Assembly (NCBI GenBank): GCA_951406725.2
Contig: OX597818.1
Span: forward strand, 7,378,001 to 7,442,000
Direction of reading: 5' to 3'
DNA: 64,000 nucleotides
Origin: Octopus vulgaris
Lineage: Eukaryota
Positions 37,580 to 50,895 of the stretch are shown piece after piece. Position 1 is the stretch's first letter; each line of letters opens with the position of its first letter. Position numbers and translations under genes: made by a program. Below the pieces are notes generated by a model, which made no database searches, was not told where the DNA came from, and saw only the letters and a list, made by a program, of their open reading frames with translations.

Positions 37580-38552
37580 ATGTATATATATGTATCAGGG
37601 TGAGTTTTTTTATTCTCTCTCTGTTTATTTTCTCCGGTTCCTTTCTTTTGAAGAGCGTAGGCTCGAAACGTAAAAGACTTTCTCATATTCCTGAGCATCA
37701 AACTAATACACCTGCTTGTTGTTCATACACCTGTCTTAGTCTTTTGCTTTTTCCGTAAACATCTGTGTCTATGTGTTTGTGGGTGTATATGTTTCTATTG
37801 CATAAAATATTTTTCTTATTTATTAGCAAAAGACCATTCACTGGTTCAGTGTGTGTACATTGGTGAGAGCGATACAGCAGCGTCTATGCAACATAGATTG
37901 CACAAGATACAGTGCTAATGGAAGCACCAATAGTGTACAACGAATCAACAGGTAGTCATTTCTATGATTTTGTCTAGGTGACTGAATGCAATGACTGACA
38001 TAAAATACACTACAAAAATATACCATGGAATATTTACTCTAATATGCTTGATATGACATAGAAATGTTTTGGCTATTACTCATCTCGTATGCCGTGGCTG
38101 AACTAATGTGATTTGTCAGACGCACACTTCTATTAATTTTGGACAAAACGAATAGTTCGTATATAAATGAACAACGAATGGACAAACGAACGGGAAGTTT
38201 ATATATGTAGATATGCAATTTGGTTCACGCATAGCTTTTGTTTATCAAATTCTATTTGCACAGTATTAGTTACTACAAGGTGTGGTAAAATCTACTGGTC
38301 CAAGATAGCGCGTAATGCAAACAGGCAGTGTACCGTGTGCTTGCTTTAAAGTCAAAATGTCGTGATGAGTACGATTAGAATGCTTTTAATAATGTTTCTC
38401 CTTTAAATTTCCACCAACTACTAAAATATATTCAGTGTGCCGTTTGTAGAAGAACAGTCGGATTTAAGACAAATGATTAAGTTTCTTTCTTAGTATTTCC
38501 TACACATCTTTGCTTCATTGATCATTCTAATATCTTGTTTCAGTGGATGAGA

Positions 38553-38845
38553 GGGCACGTGGTTTAGTGGCTAGAATATTCGGTTCACGATCGTAAGGTT
38601 CTGATTTTTCGATTCATGGCGGCGCGTTGTGGCCTTGAGCAAGAAACTTTATTTCACGTTGCTCTAATCCAGTCAGTTGAAAAAGATGAGTTGTACATAT
38701 AATTCAAATGGCCAGCCTTGTCACACTCTGTGTCACGTTGTATCTCTATGAGAACTACGTTAACGGTATGCGCACCTGTGAAGTTCTCAGCCACTTGCAT
38801 GTTAATTTCAGAAGCATGCTATTCGGTTGATCGTCTCATTTGGAA
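38553..38845 (+). mobile_element. tRNA-derived SINE family C (older)
   Basis: cgtggtttagtggctaga head, ccttgagcaagaaactttatttcacgtt core; second copy at 62317-62620. Confidence 0.75.
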
Positions 38846-39871
38846 TAGACGGAGAGGCCGGCTATTTTGTAGAGGTGGGTGGAATTATGAAAGTGTAAAT
38901 TTTACATATATGTACTTACTTGCTGGATAGGGAGAAACATTTGCATTTCTTCTGGGTCAAATAATATCGTTATTGATAATAATGTTCCCTTAAATGTGTT
39001 ATAATCAGCAACTGGGAAGAAAATATGACCAGGAAAAAGATTCAAAGGACACGATGTTCTGGAGAGGAATAAGTAGGAGGGCGAGAGTACAGAATCAAGA
39101 GAGATAGAGATGAGATAAATATGAGTCGGGACTACTGAGCGGAGGATCTTAAAACAGGAAGCTCCGAGGAAATGAGGGGCGATTAGTAGCAAAAGAAAAT
39201 TCAGAGATAGAGATGACAGCACGACTGTGAGATTGAATGTAGAGCACGTCTGAGAGGGATTTACTGCTAATCAATCGAGTAACTGATCTCTGTATACAAT
39301 CCAGGATGCCTGCTTGACTTCTAGATGCAATCGTAGTTTGGTGATATGTCTTAGCCAGGAAAGTTTCTGAGTAAAAGTGAAACTCAGTATTTGGAGTGAT
39401 ATTGAAGGTTCCAGCTGAGTGGTTGCTTAAGAGAAATCAAGATTGATATGGCCCACAAAGGATGATCTCAAGGTCCCCTCTCATAAAATCAAAGCAGTTT
39501 TAGCGTATGGTGTTTTGGTCGGAGAAGGTTACCTAGGAACGAAGGGTTTTGTGTGCATAAATATGATCGTCTTTCACCTGACGGCAATTAGATCATTGAT
39601 ATTAACTATCATGATCATGATCCTCATCATCATCAACAACCACAGCAGCAGCAGCAGCAACAGCAACAACAGCAACAACAGCCAATAGACGTTACCGTTA
39701 CTCATAGGGCAAGTTACTCGGTTTTCATGGCGTTCAACAGCTTGAGATACAAAAAATTGCCCTGAACGGGATGCCATGCATACGATAATGTTTTGTAGAA
39801 AACACGAGTGTTCTCTTCAAAATTCCTTTTCTTCTCCCCAATAACACTCTCCATCCTTTCTTTTATTACAC

Positions 39872-40563
39872 ACTAGCAGTAATACCCGTCGATCATCGGG
39901 TAATTACTTTTACTCTTTCTCAGGAGTTACATTCAAAGTATTATTATATATGTAATAGATTTCTCAACGGGGATTTCAGGGGAGAGTTTCAGGGAGTCGC
40001 TGGCGATGTACCGTGATGATCAAAAATCTGGCCTGCTAAAATTTGGTTAAAGTGATTCAAACTGCAGACTCAACGCAAAATGGTCACATTTAATTCAAAG
40101 CGTTAAAAATGTTATGAAAACAATTGGTATGTGTTCACGAAGTCCAAACGATTAATACGAAAAAAACCCCAGGCTACATCCCGAAAATTCATTTCTTTGC
40201 CGAATTTCTACAATGTTTACGGCGATTCGTTTTTATATCTTGATTTTTTTATTTTTCATGCAATTTACGCATGCTTGCACGCGTGGTGAACACAGTTCAC
40301 GTCAAACTGCTGACTGAGTAAAGTCCACTATTCAATGCATGAGATAAGGCCTAAACAAACACATTATCGATTTTTGCACTTGCGAGATGAATTTCGGAAC
40401 AGAAATAGCGCACTTCAATTTTCATTCGCCTAAACTTTAAGTGACCCATTTTTGGTGGTTCTACGATTTGTTGGATAGGAGGAGATGTGCCGAGAAGTTA
40501 AACACACACACACACACACAGATACACACACAGACACACAAGTTGAGTTTTATATATATAGAT
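39872..40563 (+). mobile_element. Non-autonomous Helentron/HINE (DINE-1/Lep1-like) element
   Basis: Starts actagc..acccg..cgggt (short hairpin) and ends (CA/CAGA)n..ttttatatatatagat, the terminal pattern of this class. Same pattern at 41237-42401. Confidence 0.55.
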
Positions 40564-41236
40564 TTACACACATATGGGTTACGCACAAATTAAATTAACG
40601 TTTTGTCACCTTATTTTTCTTAAATAAAACCTTTCCTAGATGAAAACTCCAATCTATTCTAGCTAGTTACGCTGGCCTTTTCTTAACACCTGGTGTCCTC
40701 TGTAGACGAGAATCGTGATGGAACATTAACATTTAGTATTCGTTCTCTTTTCTTTTTTCTTTCGTTCTTGTCACTTTTTCGCGAAGGACCACAGTCCAAA
40801 ACGAAGCATAACATGCAGAGATAAGCTCGTCTTTGTTTCTTCTATCTACCGTTGTTTTTGATGATTTATTTGTTTTGAAAATGGTTCGAATATCATTAAC
40901 ATGCGATTGCGATCATATATCATGATTACATTGTTGTGCCACCAAAGAATCGAATATTCGAGCGAATAGGACCAATTTTCAGAAGAACAAAATAAGGAAT
41001 CAACAAAATTAGTAGATGTAACTGAATTTATATATCAGCATACTCAGTTTATATAAGTATACTTAGTTCATTACACATTATTTAATTACAAATAATCTCC
41101 ATCACTACTACCTCGCAAACAATAATAATTGTAACATTTTAAAAACAATTATGCTTTATATTTAACAGAGAGTATGTGAAGTAAGAGGTTGTCTTAAAAA
41201 GTTCCCGAACAATGTATGTTTAATAAAATATAACTT

Positions 41237-42401
41237 ACTAGCATTATGACCCGGCGTTGCCGCGTCATAGTGCTAGTGCATGTATATATGTGTGTATATG
41301 TGTGTACATCTATAGATATACATCTACACATAAAATACAAAATACAAAGTTATATCTTGATATCGCTAGTGATAACAATACTCAAAATATATAACAAACT
41401 GGAATTGTAGGCCCGTCTCTTGCAATTTCGATCAATTGTATCTTGTCCTCCCTCTTGTATAGAAGTGTGGCCACAATCCAGCCTACCTCTACTTCTGGGG
41501 GGACATTTCTAATTTTTATCCGGGACGTCCTACGTCCCAGATATAAAGGTAAAAATAAAATATTTCCACTTTGCAAGGTTCGAGTCGAGTACTCCCTTGC
41601 ACGCTCCGTTGACTCGAACCTTGCTTTTATTGTGGCAAATTTACCGCCTCTGGTTAGATACTTGATATCTTTCATAGTCGCACCAAGACACTTTTCGATG
41701 GTGCTTTCCTTCAGGTGTTCAAATCTTTTTTTTTTCTTTTTATATTGTATACTTTATAGACAATAGTCTTTTCTTTAATTTAATGGACTATTCCTTTTCT
41801 GCGCATTAATTTGATTTTTAATTTATTCCCATTCATGTGAAACCACTTATTCAAGTTCAAGTCATTGATGCAATTTTATACCAATTGCTATTTTTACTTT
41901 TGTTATGTTACGATTACATTATACTTTAGTTTGATTTTAATTATTATTTACTACATATAATTCAATTGTTATTATTATCTCTAATTTTCATTGTTAAAGT
42001 GAAAGTATCTGACATAAAATAGAGAAATGTTTTTGTTTCACTTTTAACACGTAATACTGAAATAGTGGATTAGATATGATATTGCTATGGGCTCGCGCTA
42101 GGCAAGAAGCTTTTTTGCCCATGAAACTACATGGACCCTACGTAAGGCATGTGTTAAGTTTGAATGAAATTGGTTGTGTAGTTCTCAAGTTTTAGGGAAT
42201 CATAGTGGAGAAGATATGATATTGCTGTGGGCTCACCCTAGGCAAAAAGTTAAAAAGCTTTTGCCGATGACACTCCCCGGACCCTAAGGAAGGCATGTGT
42301 AAAATTTGAATGAATTTGGTTGTGTAGTTCTCAAGTTTTAGGGAAACACACAGACAGACAGACAGGCAGACACACATTCTCAGTTTTAAATATATAGAGA
42401 T
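41237..42401 (+). mobile_element. Helentron/HINE-like element inserted at T|T, with an internal tandem duplication (~42070-42345)
   Basis: actagcattatgacccggcgttgccgcgtcatagtgctagt hairpin start; (CAGA)n..ttttaaatatatagagat end. Flanks read aactt|ttatcc. Confidence 0.65.
41382..41790 (-). pseudogene. L1/Tx1-like ORF1 fragment
   Basis: KYLTRGGKFATIKARFESTERAREYS..LFLPLYLGRRTSRIKIRNVPPEVEVGWIVATLL, homologous to the ORF1 pieces at 28815-29232 and 52780-53045. Confidence 0.6.
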
Positions 42402-44045
42402 TTATCCAAGTTTTAACATCATTACCTTCGATATAGTCACCTTGCGCAGCAATACACTTGTCCCAGTGTCCCTGTCACATTTTGAAACCGGCTAGGACGT
42501 TGTTTTCTGTAAACAAGTAGAAGACCTTCATCAATTTGCTCTGGATCTCGACAACGGTGTTAAAACAGTGACCTTTGAGTTGTACTTTCATTGTGGTGAG
42601 GAGATTTAAGTCCTCAGGTGATGAATTTGTCGAATAGGGCGAGTGCAGAAGCGATACCGTGCTGTTTTTGGCGAGAAACACCCAAGTGAGCTCGGGACGC
42701 ATTGTCATCGTGAAGTATAAAATGTTTCGCCCTCCATAGATGCGGTTCCTGAATATCCTTCCTCCAACGCTTAAAAACGCTGCAGTAGAATTCTCGATTG
42801 ACTTTCTGACACTGGGGGAAGAATTATCTATGCACAATACCTCATTTCCGCTGGTGACGCTCGTAGCAGATCTTCCATATAGTTCATGGCATTCTAAAGC
42901 TCCTGTGTCACTCGAAACATAGCATACGATCTATTGCCTCGGCACCTTAAGGTTGCCGTAATAGGCTCAATGTCTCTGAAGCCGACTTCGTAATTCTATT
43001 GCAAAATTTCACGCTGATTCATGAAGGCCACTGCTACCTTTCACTTCTGAAACAACCGTCTGCAGCTTTCTGCCGGCGCTGCAGAATTAGTGCTTGAACT
43101 TTCTGATTGTACCTCTTATTATGGTATTGTAACTTATGGACATGCATAACATATTCTGACATAAATCAGCTTTAAACTCAAACCGTTCTTTCTTGCTGGC
43201 GATGGTAACTCTTCGGGAATCATCGTGAACTACGATACCGCTAATTCGTTTAGGGTAATCATTTCTTCTCAGTGTTTTGTTGAAATATTGAATTTCAATT
43301 TAAATTGAAGTTGTAGTAAATAAACTAGAGATGAAGAAGTCCAATTATAAACATTGTTTCTTTCGCACTAAAGTAAATAGATAATTTTTACCTCGAGCAT
43401 AATATCCTTGTAATAAATTAAAATGTTTCTGAGGAATTATATCTAATTATGTAACAAGCAAATCAAAAAGAAGTATTAGCGTTCAAAATATTCAGAGATT
43501 ATTCCATGCAATAAAATAATATTCAGGTTGCAAAATATTCACGATGACCCCAATTATCTAATATTTCGGTTGAGTAAATTCATCACATAATTACCATAAT
43601 AAAATTAAGAATTTACATTCTTATAATAGAGTAGTATCTCTTTTGATTTTAGCAATTAGAGCTGTTTCGCAATGATTTTGGTGAAACGGTTTTCATTGTA
43701 GAAGGAAAACTGCTAAGGTAATACCGTGCATCGAACACTTTGTTAAAGCCATTTTATTTTAATTGCTTCGACAATGAGTATAATAACTTCAACTCATATT
43801 TCTTATTAGTGAGAATCTAAAATAGCAAATAAAAGAAGTTTTGTCAATAGCGAATACAGATACAGAATGGATGGCGAATGGAGCATATAGTGAATTCGTG
43901 GCTGATGATTCCATAACATGATGTTGAAGCACATATGGAAAAGAATTCACTATATGTATGTGTAAGGAATGACGATGTGAAGGAGATGGAGATATAGTGA
44001 AAATGGCATGTCAATGTCATTGTTGCATTATTAATAATGTCTCCA

Positions 44046-44440
44046 GGCGGCGAGCTGGGAGAACCGTTAGCACGCCGGGCGAAATTCTTAGCAGTATTTC
44101 GTCTGCCGCTACGTTCTGAGTTCAAATTCCGCCGAGGTCGACCTTGTCTTTCATTCTTTCGGGGTCGATATCTTAAGTACCAGTTACGCACTGGGGTCGA
44201 TGTAATCGACTTAAACCCTTTGTTTGTCCACTCTATATTTAGCCCCTTCTGGGTAGTAAAGAAATAGGTATTTCGCCCGTCGCTACGTTCTGAGTTCAAA
44301 TTCCGCTGAGGTCGACTTTACCTTTCATCCTTTGGGGGAGGGAATGTCAATAAATTAAGTACCAGTTGAGTACTAGGAGTGGATATAATCGACTTAACCC
44401 CCACCCCTAAATTTCACGCCTTGTGCCTACAATAGAAGGG
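44046..44440 (+). mobile_element. SINE family B plus tandem partial copy
   Basis: aggcggcgagctggga...aaagaaata, followed by a second cgctacgttctgagttcaaattccg...agtaccagtt block. Confidence 0.85.
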
Positions 44441-47107
44441 GTTGTTAATGTATCATTAAGAATTACACGTTAAAGATATTAAGGGTGGTATATCAAATAA
44501 AATATGAAAAAAATTATATAGCAAGGTTGCTTGGTTCAAACCGGGATCTAGGTGAGTGTTTGTTTGATACAGGCTACATACTGAATAAATTTAAAAGCGA
44601 TGCATTGTGCAAGATCACGATAATAGCACAGTAGGTGAACGCATAATTAGTTAGCGGGAACGCTAGGACACTGTTTCTTCGTAAAACTTATTATTTCGAA
44701 TTTTGAAGAACGTGTTACCCCCTCCCACATACACACACACACACACACACTCACACACACATGCACACGTACAGACACGCATAATCGCACATACATACAC
44801 ACACGTACACAGACAGACATTCATACATTTATGTGCATGTATGTGTGTGTATATTAATTAACCTTATGTAATCGACTAACACATCACGGCGTCTTTAATC
44901 AATTTAGCAATTTGATTCTAATTTCAGTGTTAACTGTGTCTTGGATGAGGGAATTTGATATGTTTCTCAAGCAAAAGCGAAATTTATGACAACCTAATAC
45001 GTGAAATTTCACCAGAAAAAATGGCGGCGTTTGAAATTAGTTAGAATCTGTTAGATTATTTTGACATAGTCTTTCAGTTGCGTATTTACGGTGGTAACTT
45101 CTAAACTTCTACACATTCTACTCATTCCATTGATTCTATATTTCTAAATGTGTATCAAGTTAACTGTATCAAGTTAATGTTATCAAGTTAACTGATTAAT
45201 CAAGTTGCATAAAAAGCCAGAACTTAATTACACAAGCATAAACATACGCACACAAAACATACACACACATGTATACATATATGTGTGTGTGTATACACAC
45301 GCATACACATTCATGTACATGTAAAAACAGACACAGACACATACATACACATCAAGAAGACACCAATGTTAAAAATGCAGTTTAGAATATTTACTTATGT
45401 AAATTTATATCAAATACGGGTCTCATAAAGAATAGGTTTCATAAATACCAATTTCATAGTTTATTTACGCTTTCAGAAGCAATAGAGTTTGTGGTGTTTT
45501 ATCCCATACGTTTTTTGTTGCAGTTTTTCTCTTAAAGAGTTCTAAACAACGCATTGTTTCAAATATTAAGCATTAAGTAGAGGTCAGATGGTCTGTTAGT
45601 TGTTTTGTCCTCTATTTATCTATCTGCCTGTCTGACTACGTCTGTCTGAATTCCTGTTTGCCTCTCTGTCTGTCTTTCTGTCTATCTATCTGTCTGTCTG
45701 TCTTTCTCTCTCTCTCTATCGATCTATCTGCCTGACTGTTTGTCTGCCTGACTGTATGTCTGTCTGTATGTCTGTCTATGTAGCTATCTGTCCGTGTATT
45801 TATCTGTACTTGTCTGTGTATATCAGCGCGCGCGTGTGTATATATATATATTCGTAGGTCCTTCTTCATTCTTAGAACTTGAAGTGCACATCTTTCGCTT
45901 TAAAGCACGCGTTTTCCCCATGTTCTGCTACCCCTACTTGAACGACTTATCACTATTCAACAAGTGTGGGTTTTAACTAAATTGTCTAGGCGTGTCATGT
46001 TACTAACATGGAAGTTAATTTTTCAAGCTTTTAAATGTATTAAATAAACTAAAATAATTCTTTTCTTCCTGACCAGAATTGTGGTCGTGGATATTTTTCG
46101 ATGTTGAATGATAAGATATTTTCACATAAGCATTTCTTTTATGCAAGAATCCCAATTTTGTCAGAATATCTACTACAAACGAGTGCAGATAATCAACCAC
46201 TTCTTCTTAGAATCTATGCAGCTAATCAGTGATTTACAAATCTGTCATCAGAAATAATAAATTCAGATGATTGCAGATTTCACCTCATCAACTCGCGCAG
46301 TTATACTCTACGTCAAACAAAACATCATATATATCTCACGAATTATCACGAAATGCTTGAAAGTAAAAGAGAGTAGATATTTCCTGTTCGTGAATTAAAT
46401 ATTTTACAAACGATACTTCCAAAGACACTTCTCATTCTTTTCCAAATGTCTGTTTTAAAACTGCTTTATTTGGATTTGTGTAATTAAAATTTCTATTGTT
46501 CAGCCGTTCACATTATGTATATTTATCACACCATATTCAGCGTCTGCTAGTGTATCCTCTACTTTTTAAAAATGGTAGAGTTTTTTGTCCTTGCAGAGTA
46601 ACGAGAGCCATCTGGCTTGCGACATTACATTATATTATTATCACTTCAATATATGTATAAAGTTCATTACACAGCAAACATTTAGTTTTATTATTCGCTT
46701 GTGTTACACTCTTTTCTGTGTAGCAATGTAGAGCAATATTTGTAATTCTGCTATGAAACACACAATGACAGTTTATATTACTCATAGTTACAACAATACC
46801 AGAGGTTTATACCCGCTAACAATTATGCTGTATAACATAGCATAAAATGGATTGTTTGGGTGGGCTGTTAGACAATTCAATTGCTTTAGTTCATAATTTC
46901 TTCAAAAATTCACCCGTTCCATTCACCCGGTGTGATTCTATTGTTGAATGAAATCGCAGCATGGTGCATACAGCTTATATGTTTTGCTTATAGACCTACA
47001 TGCAAGAGGAACCAATTTCAGTTTAGACGTATTCTAGTTAGCGGGAACGCTAGGACACTGTTTCTTCGTAAAACTTATTATTTCGAATTTTGAAGAACCT
47101 GTTACCG

Positions 47108-47172
<65 letters not shown>

Positions 47173-48552
47173 CACACGTACAGACACGCATAATCGTGTA
47201 TCAAGTTATATATAACTGAATTATTAACCCTGCTCTTCGAATTCAGTTTGCATTGAATATCAGAATGCAAAAGCCTGGAAAATATGACATTTTAAGACTT
47301 CTACTAACATAGATCTGTGGATTTGCATTTTAGTTATCAATTCAGAAAAAATGAAACGCAATGTTGTTATATGATCCCTTTGTCCAAATATTGGAGTCTA
47401 CACTTCATTGCGGTTGAAATTAAAAATTTTTGATATTGGGATGTATGGAGTTTCAAAATTGTAACTTGATATGTCAAGTAACAAAGAATGTTGTGAAACT
47501 TCATCAGAGGTAAAGTATATGTAGTTTATGACCCAAAACATTATTTACTGAAAAATACAACAACCCAGTTATCATAAGTTGAGGAATCATTCAATATATC
47601 GAGCAATAAATATAATATTCTGTAAACAGAAAAACCTTTGAAGAATTTTTATTTGTTTTAACTGACACAAATACATAAACAATATTTCATCAATTCAAAT
47701 ATATCTATATGATAGCAGATATTAAAACTTAAATTTTGTAGGAGCGTTTTTCAAAACTTAGTGCTGCAAAGTATTTGATTGGCTTTCAAACTATAGCTAT
47801 ACATCTCACTACTTCTAAATTGTTATTCATATTTATTTAATTATTTGCTTGCTTTTGCTTTCTAAATATGAAAACTTTTTTGCTGATTCATTTCCAAATT
47901 GTCAACATAAATATTTTTTCAAGCATATTCTAGTTATTGTTCGCCATGTTATCTTTTGGATTTCATTATCTATAAAACTAGACAACATACATCACTAGAG
48001 GTAAACTTTCCAATAATATATTAAGAAGATATAGATTATTATGAAGAGTTATAGCAATGTTGTTATTACTTAACCACGTGCCAGTCATGACTTAACAGAA
48101 GTATTGTGAAAGGCGGTTCAGTCAAAGAGAATTGTAACAAATTGCACATGAGATAAAAGAACCTTTTTAAATGTGCATGAAAGATTTGGCTCTTACCTCT
48201 CGCTAATCAACGGACTATGTACTCTCTAAAGTGGAATGACATTACTTTGGCTTTCATCGAAATGAATCTTATCCTCGAGTTTTATCTTTGCTTATCGTAA
48301 ATAATTCGCAGACTTCACATTCTACGTACATATTCTACAAAGTCTCAAGTTCCTCAAGTATGTGACACTAAAGAAAATAGATTTTAATCATCAAGTTCAT
48401 GACAGTGCAAACAATAATGATGAGCAGAAAATATATTAAAAGGTCAAACCCAGAAATTGTTTTCCTAAACAATATTTAAGAAAAAAATTGCTATTGCTAT
48501 ATGTGAAGTTACTTTCTACTTCCCGAGTACATTTAATATTTACTTACGTAGG

Positions 48553-48765
48553 GAGGCGACCTGGCAGAAACGTTAGCACGCCGGGCGAAATACCTAGTGG
48601 TATTTCGTCTGTCCTTATGTTCTAAGTTCAAATTCCGCCGACGTCGACTTTGCCTTTCATCATTTCGGGGTCTATAAATTAAGTACCAGTTACATAGTGG
48701 GTTCTATCTACTCGACTGGCCTCTTTCCCAAAAATTTCGGGCCTTTTGCCTATAATAGAAAATAA
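48553..48765 (+). mobile_element. SINE family B (variant tail)
   Basis: gaggcgacctggcagaaacgttagcacgccgggcgaaa...gttcaaattccgccga. Confidence 0.8.
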
Positions 48766-49115
48766 TATTTACTTAAGTTGTGGCATTATAAGCATCTTAG
48801 TATCATACAATGAGCAGTTAATAAGATATTAAAATACTTCTCGTTAAATTTGTTCTTAATTTTAATGTTCGAATATATTAATAGCATTTAATAGTAAGTT
48901 ATAAAATATTTCCTTCGAAATAATAGGATACAATTTTAAAGTTTATAGCAAATTACACGGAAACATATACTCACATGCACACATGTGTCCTAATTTGTTG
49001 GACCTTGGGAGGGTCTTGCTACTAATAAATAGAAAGAAAGCAATATATGCATGAAGATATGCCTGAAAATACATTCACAAACATATATACATATATATGT
49101 ATATTTAATATTATA

Positions 49116-49212
<97 letters not shown>

Positions 49213-49257
49213 TTATAAATATATATATGTGTGTGTGTATATATATATATTTGTCTG

Positions 49258-49302
<45 letters not shown>

Positions 49303-49876
49303 GTTTATACGCATACATACGAACATACACGCACACACACTCACACATACGACATACACATACATACGCTCGCATATCAGTTTGAAAAGAAGTAATAGAG
49401 TAATCGGTTCTGTATTTATTTACAGATATAAACAGTCTTCGAATTTTCCTAAGGAAATAAGATGAAATATTGTTAAAATACTTTTACTGCTTTTCTTTCT
49501 CCCTCTCTCTTTTTCGCTTTAGTGTCAACAAACATATAGAGTATGAAGATGAAAGGGTTTCACTAGTATTTCATCTCATTTCCTTAGGAAATTTTGAAGA
49601 CTTTTACGTAAATAAATAAATAACGAAGCCATAAATCTGTTACTTATGACTAATTTTTCTTTTTACCATGATCAACATACTATGCTGTACACTGAATAAG
49701 AACTTTAATTCTTATATAGTGTGCGAGAGTTATTTGAGGACATAGTCGGTAATTCAATAAAACAAATCGAACCTAGCAAAAAACAAATATATTTCAGGAT
49801 AATGCGCCGGTGTATCTCAGGGAACATGGTTGGGGTTTAGTAAGATAACAGAGTAACGCCGTTAGTAGGATAATTA

Positions 49877-50895
49877 GAGAGGAAGATGAGAAGAAATAGA
49901 ATAAAATAGAAAAAAGCAAAAGAAAAAAAAAACAGGATAAGAATAAAAGAAAATGAAACAAAGTGAAACAATATTGAATACAATAGAAGTAATTTTCTGT
50001 AATAAGCTGATTGATATAAAATTAAAACAAAACATTATAAGAATTACAAATTTAAAAGCTTTGTAGGTTTGTGGATATGACTGCTTTAAAATAAAAAAAA
50101 AGTATGAGGAAGGATGTATAAAAGCGGGTATTAAAATATATAGGCCGGTAGATAGATAGCGCTCTACTAAGTTTTTAAGTATCTGATGACTTGCCCCTGC
50201 GGGCAGATCGACAAAGAGACTCCTTCACATTAGGGTGAAGGGACATTTAAGTAAGGCCGCACCACCCAGTGCTGTGTTTCAACACCACGCACACCGTGAC
50301 GGGGATTTCTTCACCCGCATACTAGCAAGGGGGAGGTATGCAGTTAACATCAGAATAACAGAGGCACACTTCATTAGAAATCAAGCACCTGTCCTGAACC
50401 GCTGTAATGAACTGGATGCACGTCTACTGCTTTCAAGATCTTTAATCGGGAAAGAGCGGAAAGCTACCTTCAACAAAGAATGGAGAGTATAAATTAAAAT
50501 GTCCCATGAAAAACCTTCCACACGGAAGTGCTCACTAAATAATCCACAACAGCTAGAAACAAAACTCACTCCGAATTTAACCCCACTTGTAATTTAGGTA
50601 AACTCTCTATCTAGCTATGCATTAGCCTACCTATTTACTTTTGAACCTAGCTTGTGTATCTTTTAAAACTAAAAAAATAAAACTTTTAAATCTTTTGAAA
50701 AATTTATATCCACGAATCTTAAATTCTGTATCCGTGATCTTTTATTAATTAAAAAAAATTATATCCATCAACCTTTAACAGAAAATTAAATTACCTCTGG
50801 TTTTTGTACAGTGCTTCACCATTTACTTTTTATTTCGCATTATCCTGTTGTATTTTATTTTCTTCTATTTTGTTCTGTTTCTTCTCATCTTCGCA
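49877..50895 (+). mobile_element. Penelope-like element remnant: GIY-YIG endonuclease fragment between imperfect inverted repeats
   Basis: YLMTCPCG (50180), then TKRLLHIRVKGHL..SAVFQHH..FFTRILARG..IRITEAHFIRNQAPVLNR. 49877-49958 is imperfectly inverted relative to 50816-50895. Confidence 0.7.

Larger units (their letters stand above)
41184..43116 (-). mobile_element. Degenerate mariner (DD34D) transposon interrupted by a HINE-like insertion
   Basis: TA-flanked imperfect TIRs agaggttgtcttaaaaagttc / gaactttctgattgtacctct. - strand encodes HSPYSTNSSPEDLNLL..KVQLKGHCFNTVVEIQ and HWDKCIAAQGDYIEGN. Confidence 0.75.

Noticed and set aside
38845-39545. Possible old LINE fragment on the minus strand
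   Set aside because: Composition is suggestive but I could read no diagnostic motif.
50183-50215. CTGATGA followed by a GC hairpin, resembling a hammerhead
   Set aside because: No GAAA, stem III or cleavage site; the sequence is the YLMTCPCG coding motif of the GIY-YIG remnant.
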